Sequence record: NC_070956.1
Length of the DNA: 64,000 bases
Strand: one strand, 5' to 3'
The notes beneath the pieces were generated by a model. That model did no database searches. It saw only the letters and a list, made by a program, of their open reading frames with translations, and was not told the DNA's origin. The position numbers and the translations under genes are program-made. How positions within the stretch are numbered: the first letter of the stretch is position 1; the number at the start of each line of letters is the position of its first letter. Shown here one piece after another: positions 48,306 to 58,224 of the stretch.

Positions 48306-48656
48306 ATGCAGATCATGTTGAACCACTTCGACTATGACACTCTGATCCCAGTGATACAAAGTGTTGCAGGAGATGACGTCCCGTTAACCTTGGAAACGAT
48401 CACTCAAGTTTTGGTGCAGATGTCTGAAAGAGTCTGTGATGCAACCTTAACGAGATGTGATTTGACAGAGGCTGAATTGGAATTTACTGACGCAATGTGT
48501 CTTCCATTAGTGAAGAATGAAATGTTGACTGCTGTCAGGATATTCCCTGAGCGTCATCAAGTGGTAAGATATGGTAATAATTTGATTACCTTCCCCACCA
48601 TCATTGCTGAGGTTTATAATGACACTCGACCAGATCTCCGATGGGGATATTGTTAA
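48306..48656 (+). CDS. hypothetical protein
   Basis: AAGGA RBS, 116 aa. Confidence 0.65.
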   Translation: MQIMLNHFDYDTLIPVIQSVAGDDVPLTLETITQVLVQMSERVCDATLTRCDLTEAELEFTDAMCLPLVKNEMLTAVRIFPERHQVVRYGNNLITFPTIIAEVYNDTRPDLRWGYC

Positions 48657-49041
48657 CTTCGATATGGTCTTTCCTGGGATTCTTCAATCCCAGTATAAAG
48701 GCGTGGTAGTAACAGGAGTTTTCGATTACATCGTTGCTCGTGCTCTCGATCCGGAACTCCAGGTCAAGCATGATGCACTCTATCCTTACTTCAAGGATAG
48801 CGTCAACGATGTGAACGATCCCAGTGTCTACCGTTATTTCGGTATTCGTCCTGATCCGACGAGCTCTGAAATTGTTGTTATCGGTTATCCCTGGATTCGA
48901 CCGGACAGTCTCCAAGTCACACAAGGGCGCGAAGCAGTTCTGATCATCTCTCCATGGCAGCAAAGTTATGAAGCTCCTCTCAAGGACTTCCTTCGTAACC
49001 TGAACGCCGGGTTTGTTATTCGAATCGACGATAAGAAATAA
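48619..49041 (+). CDS. conserved hypothetical protein
   Basis: GAGG RBS before MTLDQ; directly upstream of the DNA polymerase. Confidence 0.7.
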   Translation: MTLDQISDGDIVNFDMVFPGILQSQYKGVVVTGVFDYIVARALDPELQVKHDALYPYFKDSVNDVNDPSVYRYFGIRPDPTSSEIVVIGYPWIRPDSLQVTQGREAVLIISPWQQSYEAPLKDFLRNLNAGFVIRIDDKK

Positions 49042-49116
49042 GTTAAAGGTTACTGTCGCTACCATCTGGTAGCGACAGTAACTATTCTTTGTTTATTTTT
49101 CTTATCTGGAGAGATC

Positions 49117-51180
49117 ATGTCCAACGATAATCCATTTCTCTCTGAGAAATACAGTTCCGATAGGAACATCATTAAACACAACCTCGATCAGCAGGCGTTG
49201 GTTATTTCGAGGATGCGAAACGAACCTTATCAAGAGGTCCGTAACAATTTAGTCAAGTTCTATAAAGCGCACAAAGATGAATTCAAGTCCAAGAAAGCCA
49301 AGGTCTTGGTAAAGAACAAGCATGGTGACCGAGAGCTCCAGATACGTTCCATCTTCAGTGTGTTTAAAGAAGTACAAGCGAACAACTATCACTTTAGTCC
49401 GTCAATGATTGGTTATACAAACTCTGATGAAGAAGAGTGTGTTAACTCAATCGGTACTCGTCAGTTCATTGACAACCGTAAGTTCTATAAGGACAAACGG
49501 CAAGAGGTACCCAAGGGTGGTGATATGTGGACGAAGTACAACGAACTTCAGAACGCATTCAAAATCTTTAACAACGCCCAATCAGGTGCAATGTCCTCCG
49601 AAGGTACCCCGATCAACAATAAGACCGGCCACACTTCATTGACGTCAAGCACTCGTTGTTTAACGTCGACAGCAAACCTGATTAATGAACAGTTCATAGC
49701 TGGTAACCGTTTCTATAACACTCCAGAAAACACAATGCAGGCGATCATTGCTCGTCTGACAGTGAGTAATCTGAATGATATCGAAATGGTAATCAACAAG
49801 TTTGGGTTGAAAATACCAACTGTTGAAGATGTGATGAAAATCGTGGAACGATGCTCTAGACGATACTGGTCGTCAGCACTCGTTATGCGGTACATCAAGG
49901 TATTCCTGGACACACTAAGTGGCCTTGAGCTAGCCGCTATAGCGTACACACTTGACTTGGTAACACTGTACGAGTTGAACGTTCCGGTTATTACGAAACT
50001 GTTTGACGACTACGTGCACATCCCTGATTACGTTGAAGGAAAAGAGGGGATTAAACCGAACACTGGTGACCGTTATGTGTTGTGTATTTCCAAGCTTCCT
50101 CCTAAATCAGAGAAAGCCTGGGTTCCGCAACTCAACGAATACCACATGTCAGTTGAACAGAAGTATGCCGATCTGTTCCGTGTGTTCTTCAAATCCAAAA
50201 TACCACCATCTGGTCTGTTCGATGTAACCAGCGCTATCCGTGACGTGGTACTCACTTCCGATACTGACTCTTCCATCTATACAGTGGACGATATGATCGC
50301 GAACTACACCACTGAGCATGAAACCGTGGTACGACTGAATGGCGTGCTCACGTACTTCATTCGGATGATCTCTGTGGATCAACACGCTCAGCTTTCAGCC
50401 AACATGAACGTTTCACAGAAGAACATCAATCTGCTCACCATGAAGAACGAATACTTCTTCGGCGCTTATGTCACCACATCCATGTCCAAACACTATTACG
50501 CGACTCAGCGTATGGTTGAAGGTGTGACTAACCCTGAACCCGATATCGAGATCAAGGGTGTTCACCTGAAGTCTTCTAAGATCTCTCCGAAGATTAAAGA
50601 AGTAGCTGTGAAGATGATGGAAGAAGCTTTGTTCGCTTTGGAAGAATCCAGAACACTTGACGCCGCCCAGACATTGGCAGATATCGCCAACCTGGAGCGT
50701 GAAGTTATTGGTGAACTCCAGAAGGGTGAGTATAGTTGGTTGTCAAAAGAAACCATCAAAGTTAAGGCAGTGTACGGTAACCCTGATAGCCAGATCTATC
50801 TTTACCACGATATGTGGGAATCGGTGTTCTCCGATAAGTATGGTCCTGCTCCAGAACTTCCATATACTGTTGTTAAAATGTCTGTAGATCTTGGAAACAA
50901 AACCAAGCTCGAAAGCTACCTTAACAGCATCAAAGATTCCGAAATCCGTGAGCGTCTCAGATCTTTCCTTGAGAGTAAAGGGAAGAAAGACATGTCCAAC
51001 ATGTACGCTCCACTAGAGCGTCTTCAGAACCTCCAGGACATTCCTGAGGAGATGAAACAGGCGATGGATATGCGAACCGTGATAAAGCAAAACTTCAAAT
51101 GTATTTACGAGGTATTGCACTCCACCGGGATCTATGTGATGAACGATAGTATCTCTCGGCTCATCTCAGATGAACATTAA
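49117..51180 (+). CDS. family-B DNA polymerase, polymerase-domain subunit (phiKZ gp50-like)
   Basis: motif C SDTDSSI, KIFNNAQSG (motif B-like), IKGVHLKSS; no exonuclease motifs, consistent with the split polymerase of phiKZ-like phages. Confidence 0.88.
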   Translation: MSNDNPFLSEKYSSDRNIIKHNLDQQALVISRMRNEPYQEVRNNLVKFYKAHKDEFKSKKAKVLVKNKHGDRELQIRSIFSVFKEVQANNYHFSPSMIGYTNSDEEECVNSIGTRQFIDNRKFYKDKRQEVPKGGDMWTKYNELQNAFKIFNNAQSGAMSSEGTPINNKTGHTSLTSSTRCLTSTANLINEQFIAGNRFYNTPENTMQAIIARLTVSNLNDIEMVINKFGLKIPTVEDVMKIVERCSRRYWSSALVMRYIKVFLDTLSGLELAAIAYTLDLVTLYELNVPVITKLFDDYVHIPDYVEGKEGIKPNTGDRYVLCISKLPPKSEKAWVPQLNEYHMSVEQKYADLFRVFFKSKIPPSGLFDVTSAIRDVVLTSDTDSSIYTVDDMIANYTTEHETVVRLNGVLTYFIRMISVDQHAQLSANMNVSQKNINLLTMKNEYFFGAYVTTSMSKHYYATQRMVEGVTNPEPDIEIKGVHLKSSKISPKIKEVAVKMMEEALFALEESRTLDAAQTLADIANLEREVIGELQKGEYSWLSKETIKVKAVYGNPDSQIYLYHDMWESVFSDKYGPAPELPYTVVKMSVDLGNKTKLESYLNSIKDSEIRERLRSFLESKGKKDMSNMYAPLERLQNLQDIPEEMKQAMDMRTVIKQNFKCIYEVLHSTGIYVMNDSISRLISDEH

Positions 51181-51234
51181 TATTATGTAGAAAACCAACC
51201 CTCTCCCGCATCGCCGGGAGAGGGTTAATCTATG

Positions 51235-52335
51235 TTACATTTTTTCTTTCACATCTTTGTAAGTGTCAATGAAGAACTTCTTCCACTTGGGGTCTTTGAC
51301 GTTCTCAAAGAGGAATCCAGGAGGAGTCTTAAAGAAAGTCTTGAGGTCAGAAGAGACCTTAGGATCTTCAAACCCTACGAACTCACCCAGATCCAGAAAC
51401 CCTTGAACGTTATAAAGGTTAGCAAGTGTCCAGACCCAACTCAACTGTATATAGTAGAGTGACTTACCGGGGTTAGTGAAAACGTATGGTTTCAACGTCC
51501 CCCTGTCAAACAAAGAGACTTGGTATCCCATGTACTGACTGAATGACTTCATTGGCGTCGCCATCATTATACGACGTTTCCAGGCGTTCAATTCACCAAC
51601 CGCTGGAATGTAGTTTTCCATTGCAAAGGGTGATTTATCAGCGTCCGGAACTTGACCATGTTCCCACATATCGAGGACAACCAAATCGTTGTAATCCATC
51701 CACATGTCCATGATGACTTGGAAGACATAGTGGTGTGGAGAAAGGCCAAGTGAAACATTACGAGCAATACGATCCTTCAGATACCAGTAGTATCCTGCGA
51801 CAAATGCCGGGAGATCCAACTCGAGTATTGTGAAGACATCGCTACTGTGATTCTTCTTATTCGTGTCTATCAACTTCTGACAATCCCAATAGTGCTTACC
51901 ACCGTTGGTCATTATCGGAAAGAGTGATTTGATGCGATTTGAATTTTCACTGGCGATATTTATATTGTGTAACGAACTGGACGCATAGTCCATAGAAGTT
52001 ACTACAAGTGTGTTGTGATTCATTTCCGGAAAGAACTTTCCAGGGAAGTTGATCCCATCACGATAGAGAGTGACAAGGTTAACATCGTTGGCTGCACGTT
52101 TTGCTTTTCCGTTGATAACAGAGAGCAATGTACTTGGAGACCATGACGGGTCAACCGACACTTCTAGCAATAAGGTTACTAACGGATGATCGTTTTCAAC
52201 CACCCTGTTCCCAGCTAAACTGAACTCAAAGAACCTTGAACGATTTCTCGCCATGATCCTGTTCAGGTTATCTCGAGGTCCGTAGTTAGGAATCGGATAG
52301 TTGATTCCATTATCACGGAGAATGAAAGTTGACAT
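51235..52335 (-). CDS. conserved hypothetical protein
   Basis: 366 aa, GAGG RBS, divergent from chimallin as in phiKZ-like gene order. Confidence 0.75.
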   Translation of the reverse strand: MSTFILRDNGINYPIPNYGPRDNLNRIMARNRSRFFEFSLAGNRVVENDHPLVTLLLEVSVDPSWSPSTLLSVINGKAKRAANDVNLVTLYRDGINFPGKFFPEMNHNTLVVTSMDYASSSLHNINIASENSNRIKSLFPIMTNGGKHYWDCQKLIDTNKKNHSSDVFTILELDLPAFVAGYYWYLKDRIARNVSLGLSPHHYVFQVIMDMWMDYNDLVVLDMWEHGQVPDADKSPFAMENYIPAVGELNAWKRRIMMATPMKSFSQYMGYQVSLFDRGTLKPYVFTNPGKSLYYIQLSWVWTLANLYNVQGFLDLGEFVGFEDPKVSSDLKTFFKTPPGFLFENVKDPKWKKFFIDTYKDVKEKM

Positions 52336-52480
52336 GTAAACCTCGTTGATTTAATTCTTCAAAATAGTTTCCTATTATATGTAAACAAATGTCAAGGAGT
52401 AATCCTTGGCTTTGCGCGGGAGACGTCCGTCTTGTAATAAATCTGGTACAAAAGATCGTTAAAAATTGACGTTCTATAAA

Positions 52481-52509
52481 TTTTCAGATATATATTATTA
52501 GAGTGTAAT
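52481..52509 (+). promoter_or_regulatory. putative early promoter of chimallin
   Basis: TTTTCAGATATATATTATTAGAGTGTAAT. Confidence 0.65.
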
Positions 52510-52573
52510 AGTAGAACAGATTGTTCGAAATTCAAGACGTCCTGAGTTTTAAAGCAATAAAGGATAACATGTA

Positions 52574-54562
52574 ATGTCCGATAAACCTTCCAACAAAGGT
52601 TTCAGTCTCCCTGGACAAGACAGTCCTAGTGAAACTGGTGCCCAACACCAACCTGCCGTATCTGAAGTTCAAACCAAACCCGTAACCACCCTCAAAGAAG
52701 GAAAAGTGAATATGTCTATCAACTCCCTGGCCTCCCTGATCGGTATGTCCTCCCTGGTTTCCCAAGCTGGCACCATCCCGGAAGTGAAAGCAATCGCCAA
52801 AGGTATCGACGACGCCGTGGCTGATCTGAAGCGTCAGATCGCTACCCCTGAGCAAATGGCAACCCTGCCGGCCGACGTGACCCACCTGACCTCCGACATC
52901 ACCCAGCACCTGCCGGGTATCGTACTGCCGCTGCGCCTGGGCCAGACCGTGTACGTGATGCCGATCCTGTTCTGGAAAGCCGGTGTGACCGACGCTACCG
53001 ACACCATCATGGTGAACCAAGGTGAAGCACCGCGTGGTTTCGCCAAGACCGCGTCCAGCTTCATGCACATCGACATGATCAACAAGATCCGCGACAGCTT
53101 CGCCTTCTACGGCGAGAAGAAAGCTGACGAAGTCATGGCCACCAGCCCCTGCGTGATCAACCTGGAGCACTGGATCAAGGAAGGCAAGAACACCGAAGAA
53201 ATGGTGCGCGAAGTCGTCAACGTGATCCTGACCGAATGGCACGCTGGTCTGATGACCCTGGGCGTGATGCTGACCACCAAGGCCGGCGGTGCAATCCCCA
53301 GCCCGTTCAAGAACAGCAAGCTGTTCGGTGATCAGGACACTGCCATCGCTCGTGTAGAAGCTGCCTACAACCCGGTCATCCGTGGTGTCACCACCGGTTA
53401 CAACCTGGCTGTCAACATCTCTACCGCGCCGAAGAACGCTCACATGGTCCACACCAACAACATGAACGCCAAGTCGGTCTGCAAGACCTTCCTGAACGTC
53501 CAGTTGGACACCATGCAACCGCAGCAGTACGGTCATCTCCGTCAGCGTGCCGGTATGGGTCAGAACGTTGGTCCGATCGTTCCGGTCATCTCCATCGGTC
53601 AGACCATCCCGGGTGAAACCCTGAACCACAACCAGTCCATCCTGTCGGCCGCCCTGGGTCTGTTCGCAGCCCTGACCGCCAACAACCTGCGTTTCTACTC
53701 CGAAGCAATCCGTGCCAAGGAAGTGGGTCACCGCGGTAACCTGGCTGTGTTCAACAACTACCTGTCCGCCATCACCCAGGGCCAGTACACCTCCGATCAG
53801 CTGCTGTCCGCCAAGAACATCAGCAACGTCGCCGTGGTGAACGACTGGATCCAACGCTTCGTGAACAGCCGCGCTGTCTACGTAGTCGACGTACCGACCT
53901 TCGGTCCGGATTCCAGCATCTCTGACTTCTGGATGGGCATGGCCAAGTTCGGTCCGGGTTCCCTGTACCAGAACACTCTGATCGCCATCTTCGATGCACT
54001 GACCAACAAGAAGTTCAGCGAGAAGGCAGAAGAGAACGCCAAGATGGCTCAGCGTGATCCGTCCAAGCACTGGACCAAGGCCGACAAGGTTCTGTCCCTG
54101 ACCCAGATGATCGTCCCGCGCGGCCGTGCTCAGGGCAAGGATGGCAAGTGGTTCTGCCTGAGCGAAATCGATGGCATGTTCCTGCGTCAGACCGAGTACC
54201 TGGGTACCAACGAAGTCGAGATCGCCGAGTACCAAGCTCTGGTACAAGGTTCCGTTCCGGGCGTTGATCGTCGCACCCGCGAGTTCAACCTGATCAACAA
54301 GCTCCAGCACATGTTCCAGGGCAACGTGATCATCGATGGTTTCGATGCTCGCCTGATCTGGTCCTCTGCGCTGTTCAACACCCTGGCCGAAGCAATGGTT
54401 TCCACCGGTACTCTGACCGTGAACTCCAGCGCTCACCAGTCCAACTGGACCATGGAATACTCCAACGAGCTGTTCGACCACTTCATGACTGCCGGTATCG
54501 TTCCGCAAGTCGGTGGTGGCGCGAGCGCTGCTCAGTTCGGCATGTACTCCAACCTGGTCTAA
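52574..54562 (+). CDS. chmA: chimallin (phage nuclear shell protein)
   Basis: 662 aa between the DNA polymerase cluster and nvRNAP beta'; disordered N-terminus, strong codon bias, chimallin-like C-terminus; phiKZ gp54 position. Confidence 0.85.
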   Translation: MSDKPSNKGFSLPGQDSPSETGAQHQPAVSEVQTKPVTTLKEGKVNMSINSLASLIGMSSLVSQAGTIPEVKAIAKGIDDAVADLKRQIATPEQMATLPADVTHLTSDITQHLPGIVLPLRLGQTVYVMPILFWKAGVTDATDTIMVNQGEAPRGFAKTASSFMHIDMINKIRDSFAFYGEKKADEVMATSPCVINLEHWIKEGKNTEEMVREVVNVILTEWHAGLMTLGVMLTTKAGGAIPSPFKNSKLFGDQDTAIARVEAAYNPVIRGVTTGYNLAVNISTAPKNAHMVHTNNMNAKSVCKTFLNVQLDTMQPQQYGHLRQRAGMGQNVGPIVPVISIGQTIPGETLNHNQSILSAALGLFAALTANNLRFYSEAIRAKEVGHRGNLAVFNNYLSAITQGQYTSDQLLSAKNISNVAVVNDWIQRFVNSRAVYVVDVPTFGPDSSISDFWMGMAKFGPGSLYQNTLIAIFDALTNKKFSEKAEENAKMAQRDPSKHWTKADKVLSLTQMIVPRGRAQGKDGKWFCLSEIDGMFLRQTEYLGTNEVEIAEYQALVQGSVPGVDRRTREFNLINKLQHMFQGNVIIDGFDARLIWSSALFNTLAEAMVSTGTLTVNSSAHQSNWTMEYSNELFDHFMTAGIVPQVGGGASAAQFGMYSNLV

Positions 54563-54589
54563 GTAGACCTGAAGTAACTTAGTGCCAAT

Positions 54590-54619
54590 TCACAGGAGGG
54601 GGAGAAATCCTCCTCCTGT
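54590..54619 (+). terminator. intrinsic terminator
   Basis: CACAGGAGG...CCTCCTGTG hairpin followed by TTTTT. Confidence 0.8.
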
Positions 54620-54662
54620 GTTTTTCTTTTGTTCTTTTATTTTTGTCTCTAAGGAGTTAGAA

Positions 54663-54926
54663 ATGTTTCTCTTCTTGGTAAGTCGTGAAGACCACGTTCA
54701 TTACGAGGAGTACTTCTCTTTTGTCTGTGCCGCTGAAACTCAGGCAGATGCTATTGCGATGCATCCCGAACAGGACTCTCCCGACAATCCAGATGGACAC
54801 GGTAAAGAGCCCCACGAGTTCTCTGGCTGGACCAAAGACAAAAGCGCCATCAACGTCATGATTCTCGGTGAAGCTGCTCCGAATATCAGAGCCGGGGTAT
54901 TGCATAGCAGTAATAAAGGCAGTTGA
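54663..54926 (+). CDS. small hypothetical protein
   Basis: AAGGAG RBS; MFLFLVSREDHVHYEEYFSFVCAAE similar to 29328-29528. Confidence 0.72.
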   Translation: MFLFLVSREDHVHYEEYFSFVCAAETQADAIAMHPEQDSPDNPDGHGKEPHEFSGWTKDKSAINVMILGEAAPNIRAGVLHSSNKGS

Positions 54927-55024
54927 TTTCCAACGGCTATAAATAAAGAAATAGATATCATTGAAATGATACACCAGAGACAGTTCTTTGAGAACGGTCA
55001 ATAATAAATGTAAAGGAGAAGTGC

Positions 55025-56626
55025 GTGAGTACCATTATCCGAGTTCTTAAGGATTACTCCGAAGAACAATTACTTCCTCAAAATCTCTTCAACCAGATTC
55101 TCGAGGGTACGGGGTATATTCCGGAAATGGATGATGAGCGGTTCTATACTGCAATCTATCCCCATTTCGAAAACTACGACCAACGACACGACAACTGCAC
55201 AACACTCCCGATCTACCTGAATGACCACGACTTCCGAATCGAAGAAGATCGTGAACGTATCGTGCAAGCCCTTCGTACCGAGTATGAAGGTAACACATTC
55301 GATACGGTTGCAGTTTGTTCACCCAGCTGCGGTAAGTATCGCGGTAACATGTATCTCAACTCTGGGATTGTCTGTGACGTTTGTGGCGAGACACCAAGTC
55401 GTCCACTGAGCGAACAGATCGAGACCAAGGTTTGGTTGAGAACTCCACCCAGGGTTTCTGGTTTCCTGTCACCGGCTATATATGAGGTATTCCTCAGTAA
55501 GCTCAAAACCAAAACACCGAAAATCAATTTCGTTCAGTATTGGATGGATGAAGGTTATCGGAGAGACAAACGGTTCCGTGATCCAGTAGGTGAAACACCG
55601 GCGTACAAAATGGCTCAGAAGCTCAATGCTTTCAGTAGTGCCATTGGTATCGACTTCGGGTACAATAATTTTATCGATAACATCGATACGATTATCAATG
55701 CAGCAGTCACCCAAGACTTCATGGGGATCCTCGATCTCAACGAAGTACAACGTGATCACTGCACCCGGTTCTGGGCCAAGTATAAGGGGTTTGCAGTTAG
55801 TAACTTCCTTCCGCTTCCGAACAAGATTGCCACGGTAATCGAATCGGATCAACGTGACCGTTATGTCAACAAGGAAAAGACTGATCTGGAAAAGATCTTC
55901 TTTACCATAGCAGATATGTATCACGAAATGGATCATCGTTCAGTTCAGAACGAAGTTCTGTTCGGTAAGAACTATTTCGAGATGCAGGCGGTGATGCTCA
56001 AAGTGATGAAAGAAATTCTCTTTAAGAAGAAGGGGATGTTCCGATATCACGCAGGGGCTGGTAAGCTGCCATTTACTGGGCGTTCCATCATTACCGGTGA
56101 ATCAGGCGTCTGTCGTTCTGATACCGTGGTGGTTCCCTGGCTCTATGGCATCACCTGTTTGAACCATCATCTGACCAACTGGTTGTACCGTCGCGGCTAT
56201 ACACCCAAAGCGGTTAAACGGATCATCCGTGAATCTGCCAACTTCCGTCACCCAGTGATAGAAGAGTTCTTTGACTGGGTAGAGAACAACCGTTATGCTG
56301 TGGCGACAGTAGGTCGTAACCCGTCGATTCAGTTCTTGTCGTCAAGGACTTTCTTCATCAAGTTCAACCGGGATATTGAGGATAAGTCTATTCGTATCCC
56401 AATCACCTGCGTGAAAGAATTTGGTGCTGACTTCGATGGGGACCAGATGTACGTATGGTTCATTCCTGACCTGTTCGGTAAAGTTGCTGGTTACGCCAAC
56501 TTCGGCCATCAGCAAATGCTCGACCCAAACAAACCGTTCCGTACCAGTCGGTTCGCAACTCGCGCCAAGAACGTTCTTCTCAACCTCAACTCGCAATTAT
56601 TGGACGAGCCAATAGCGGAGGATTAA
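55025..56626 (+). CDS. non-virion RNA polymerase beta'-like N-terminal subunit (phiKZ gp55-like)
   Basis: Zn-binding CSPSC...CDVC; GRSII; RNPSI; catalytic ADFDGD. Confidence 0.92.
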   Translation: MSTIIRVLKDYSEEQLLPQNLFNQILEGTGYIPEMDDERFYTAIYPHFENYDQRHDNCTTLPIYLNDHDFRIEEDRERIVQALRTEYEGNTFDTVAVCSPSCGKYRGNMYLNSGIVCDVCGETPSRPLSEQIETKVWLRTPPRVSGFLSPAIYEVFLSKLKTKTPKINFVQYWMDEGYRRDKRFRDPVGETPAYKMAQKLNAFSSAIGIDFGYNNFIDNIDTIINAAVTQDFMGILDLNEVQRDHCTRFWAKYKGFAVSNFLPLPNKIATVIESDQRDRYVNKEKTDLEKIFFTIADMYHEMDHRSVQNEVLFGKNYFEMQAVMLKVMKEILFKKKGMFRYHAGAGKLPFTGRSIITGESGVCRSDTVVVPWLYGITCLNHHLTNWLYRRGYTPKAVKRIIRESANFRHPVIEEFFDWVENNRYAVATVGRNPSIQFLSSRTFFIKFNRDIEDKSIRIPITCVKEFGADFDGDQMYVWFIPDLFGKVAGYANFGHQQMLDPNKPFRTSRFATRAKNVLLNLNSQLLDEPIAED

Positions 56627-56631
56627 TAATA

Positions 56632-57297
56632 GTGATCAATGTAACAAGCGCGTTCTCAATGGGTATCGGTGGTAGCATGTCGAAAGCCGCTGCCGATGTT
56701 TATAACCAAACTCTGACTTCGATATATGACGGGATGTCGAGTCTGGGTGGTTGGTTGGGTGGCGCTGTCCAATCGGTTGTCCAAAGCCATGAAAACTTCA
56801 TGAACTCTAACATGTGGGAGTTCAGTAAGCGGATTGGTAAAGACGGTCACTATGTTGGACGCTTCGATGTAGGTTACCTGTCGGAAGTGGGTTATCAACA
56901 ACAAGCTGTCGGGTTGATGCGGAATTACATCATGGCTAACCCCAAGATGATGGAACTGTATGAAGCCGATCGCATATCCGGTTATGATGGTGAAATCTCT
57001 GATCTCTGTAGCGGGATTGGTCGTGATAACTACTTCTATAACCGTGCTGTTGATGGTCTGATGCGTATCGAAGATGATGAAGCGGTGCGTACTCACTACG
57101 CCACATCTCTCGACAAGTATACCCACTTGTCAGCGATGGAACGTGTGGACATCAAACGTACCTGGGCGGCTAGCAATATTCATATTGCTAAGAACCTCTT
57201 TGACCCAAGTAGTATTTCTGGCGGGAAGATTCTTTCTGTAGAGGAAGTTGAAGCTATCCAGAAACAAATGGAAGAAGAAGCGGGTGACGCCCAGTAA
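56632..57297 (+). CDS. conserved hypothetical protein
   Basis: 221 aa, GGAGG RBS, terminator at 57303-57331. Confidence 0.75.
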   Translation: MINVTSAFSMGIGGSMSKAAADVYNQTLTSIYDGMSSLGGWLGGAVQSVVQSHENFMNSNMWEFSKRIGKDGHYVGRFDVGYLSEVGYQQQAVGLMRNYIMANPKMMELYEADRISGYDGEISDLCSGIGRDNYFYNRAVDGLMRIEDDEAVRTHYATSLDKYTHLSAMERVDIKRTWAASNIHIAKNLFDPSSISGGKILSVEEVEAIQKQMEEEAGDAQ

Positions 57298-57366
57298 TAG
57301 GTGGGAGCTAACCGGGAAACCGGTTAGCTCTTCCTTTATATAGTTATTTTTTTTTAGGAGTGTTAT

Positions 57367-57699
57367 ATGACCCCCGAAATTATCCATGAAGACAGTGTTG
57401 TTACCGCATTCAAAGTGAATGACCATCTCTACGGCGTGCACCCCAAGAACCTTGAAGTGGGGACTTATCAAGGTGTGGTCAAGTTCCAAAAAGGAGATCC
57501 GGCGATAGAAGAGAATGGTTTGACCTTGGAAGCACTACTCGCGATCTGTATCAGTCGGCTGGATAGTTGCAATCAAGGTAACTTCAAATGTCTCCATAAC
57601 GATCTCGCAATCGAACATATGAAAGCTGCCAAGGTAGCTCTCGAAGAAAGACAGTCCGATCGCAAGAACCGTTTTGTACTTGCTACCGATAAGGTGTGA
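57367..57699 (+). CDS. tad1: Tad1-like anti-defence sponge protein
   Basis: KFQKG...NGL..EALLAIC..RL...N.GNF...HN..A..H...A...LEER...R..R.V..T closely follows the Tad1 family pattern. Confidence 0.78.
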   Translation: MTPEIIHEDSVVTAFKVNDHLYGVHPKNLEVGTYQGVVKFQKGDPAIEENGLTLEALLAICISRLDSCNQGNFKCLHNDLAIEHMKAAKVALEERQSDRKNRFVLATDKV

Positions 57700-57700
57700 T

Positions 57701-58186
57701 ATGAAATTTGGTTATTCAAAGTTAATGTTGGATCTTGGATCAGCGTCCAGAATCCGCAAAGCGGCCATGAAGGTCATCGAAGGAACCGAGAAAGAAAAGG
57801 ACCAAGCAGTCCTCGACGTAATCAACATCCCTGCAACTGAACTCCACGCTACACTGATGTATGACAAACGTAATCCGGACATCATTCCGGATACCAACCG
57901 TGCATCATATAAGGCAAAGGTAACCGGTGTTGAACGTCTGGGTACGCCAGGTGGTAACTACTACGCTCTGGTACTGCTTTGCGAGTCAGAAGGGATTACA
58001 AAACGGCACGAAGAACTTCTCGAGCAAGGTTTCAAGCATAGCTGGCCCGACCTGAAGATTCACGTTTCACTCAACTATGGTGACCAGGTTACCGTTGCGT
58101 ACCCCATTATCAAGGAAGCCTTCGAGAAGGGTTATCTCCCTACCGAAGTGACCTTGGGTGCCGAGTGCTGGAACGAGTGTCGTTAA
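57701..58186 (+). CDS. acb1: Acb1-like 2H phosphoesterase (T4 gp57B-like anti-CBASS nuclease)
   Basis: two HxT/S motifs (LHATLMY, IHVSLNY); LVLLCESEGITKRHEELLEQGFKHSWPDLKIH resembles the T4 57B/Acb1 core. Confidence 0.82.
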   Translation: MKFGYSKLMLDLGSASRIRKAAMKVIEGTEKEKDQAVLDVINIPATELHATLMYDKRNPDIIPDTNRASYKAKVTGVERLGTPGGNYYALVLLCESEGITKRHEELLEQGFKHSWPDLKIHVSLNYGDQVTVAYPIIKEAFEKGYLPTEVTLGAECWNECR

Positions 58187-58197
58187 GATGGATAAAG

Positions 58198-58224
58198 TTT
58201 CAGGCATATATTACCTAAGTGATA
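58198..58224 (+). promoter_or_regulatory. putative phage early promoter
   Basis: TTTCAGGCATATATTACCTAAGTGATA (contains TATATTAC). Confidence 0.65.

Noticed and set aside
52466-52494. sigma70-like promoter (TTGACG-N17-TATATA) upstream of chimallin
   Set aside because: Weak -10 match overlapping the phage early motif; phiKZ-type transcription is known to be independent of host RNAP.
52532-54508. 658-aa minus-strand ORF
   Set aside because: Antisense shadow of chimallin caused by C/G third-position bias.
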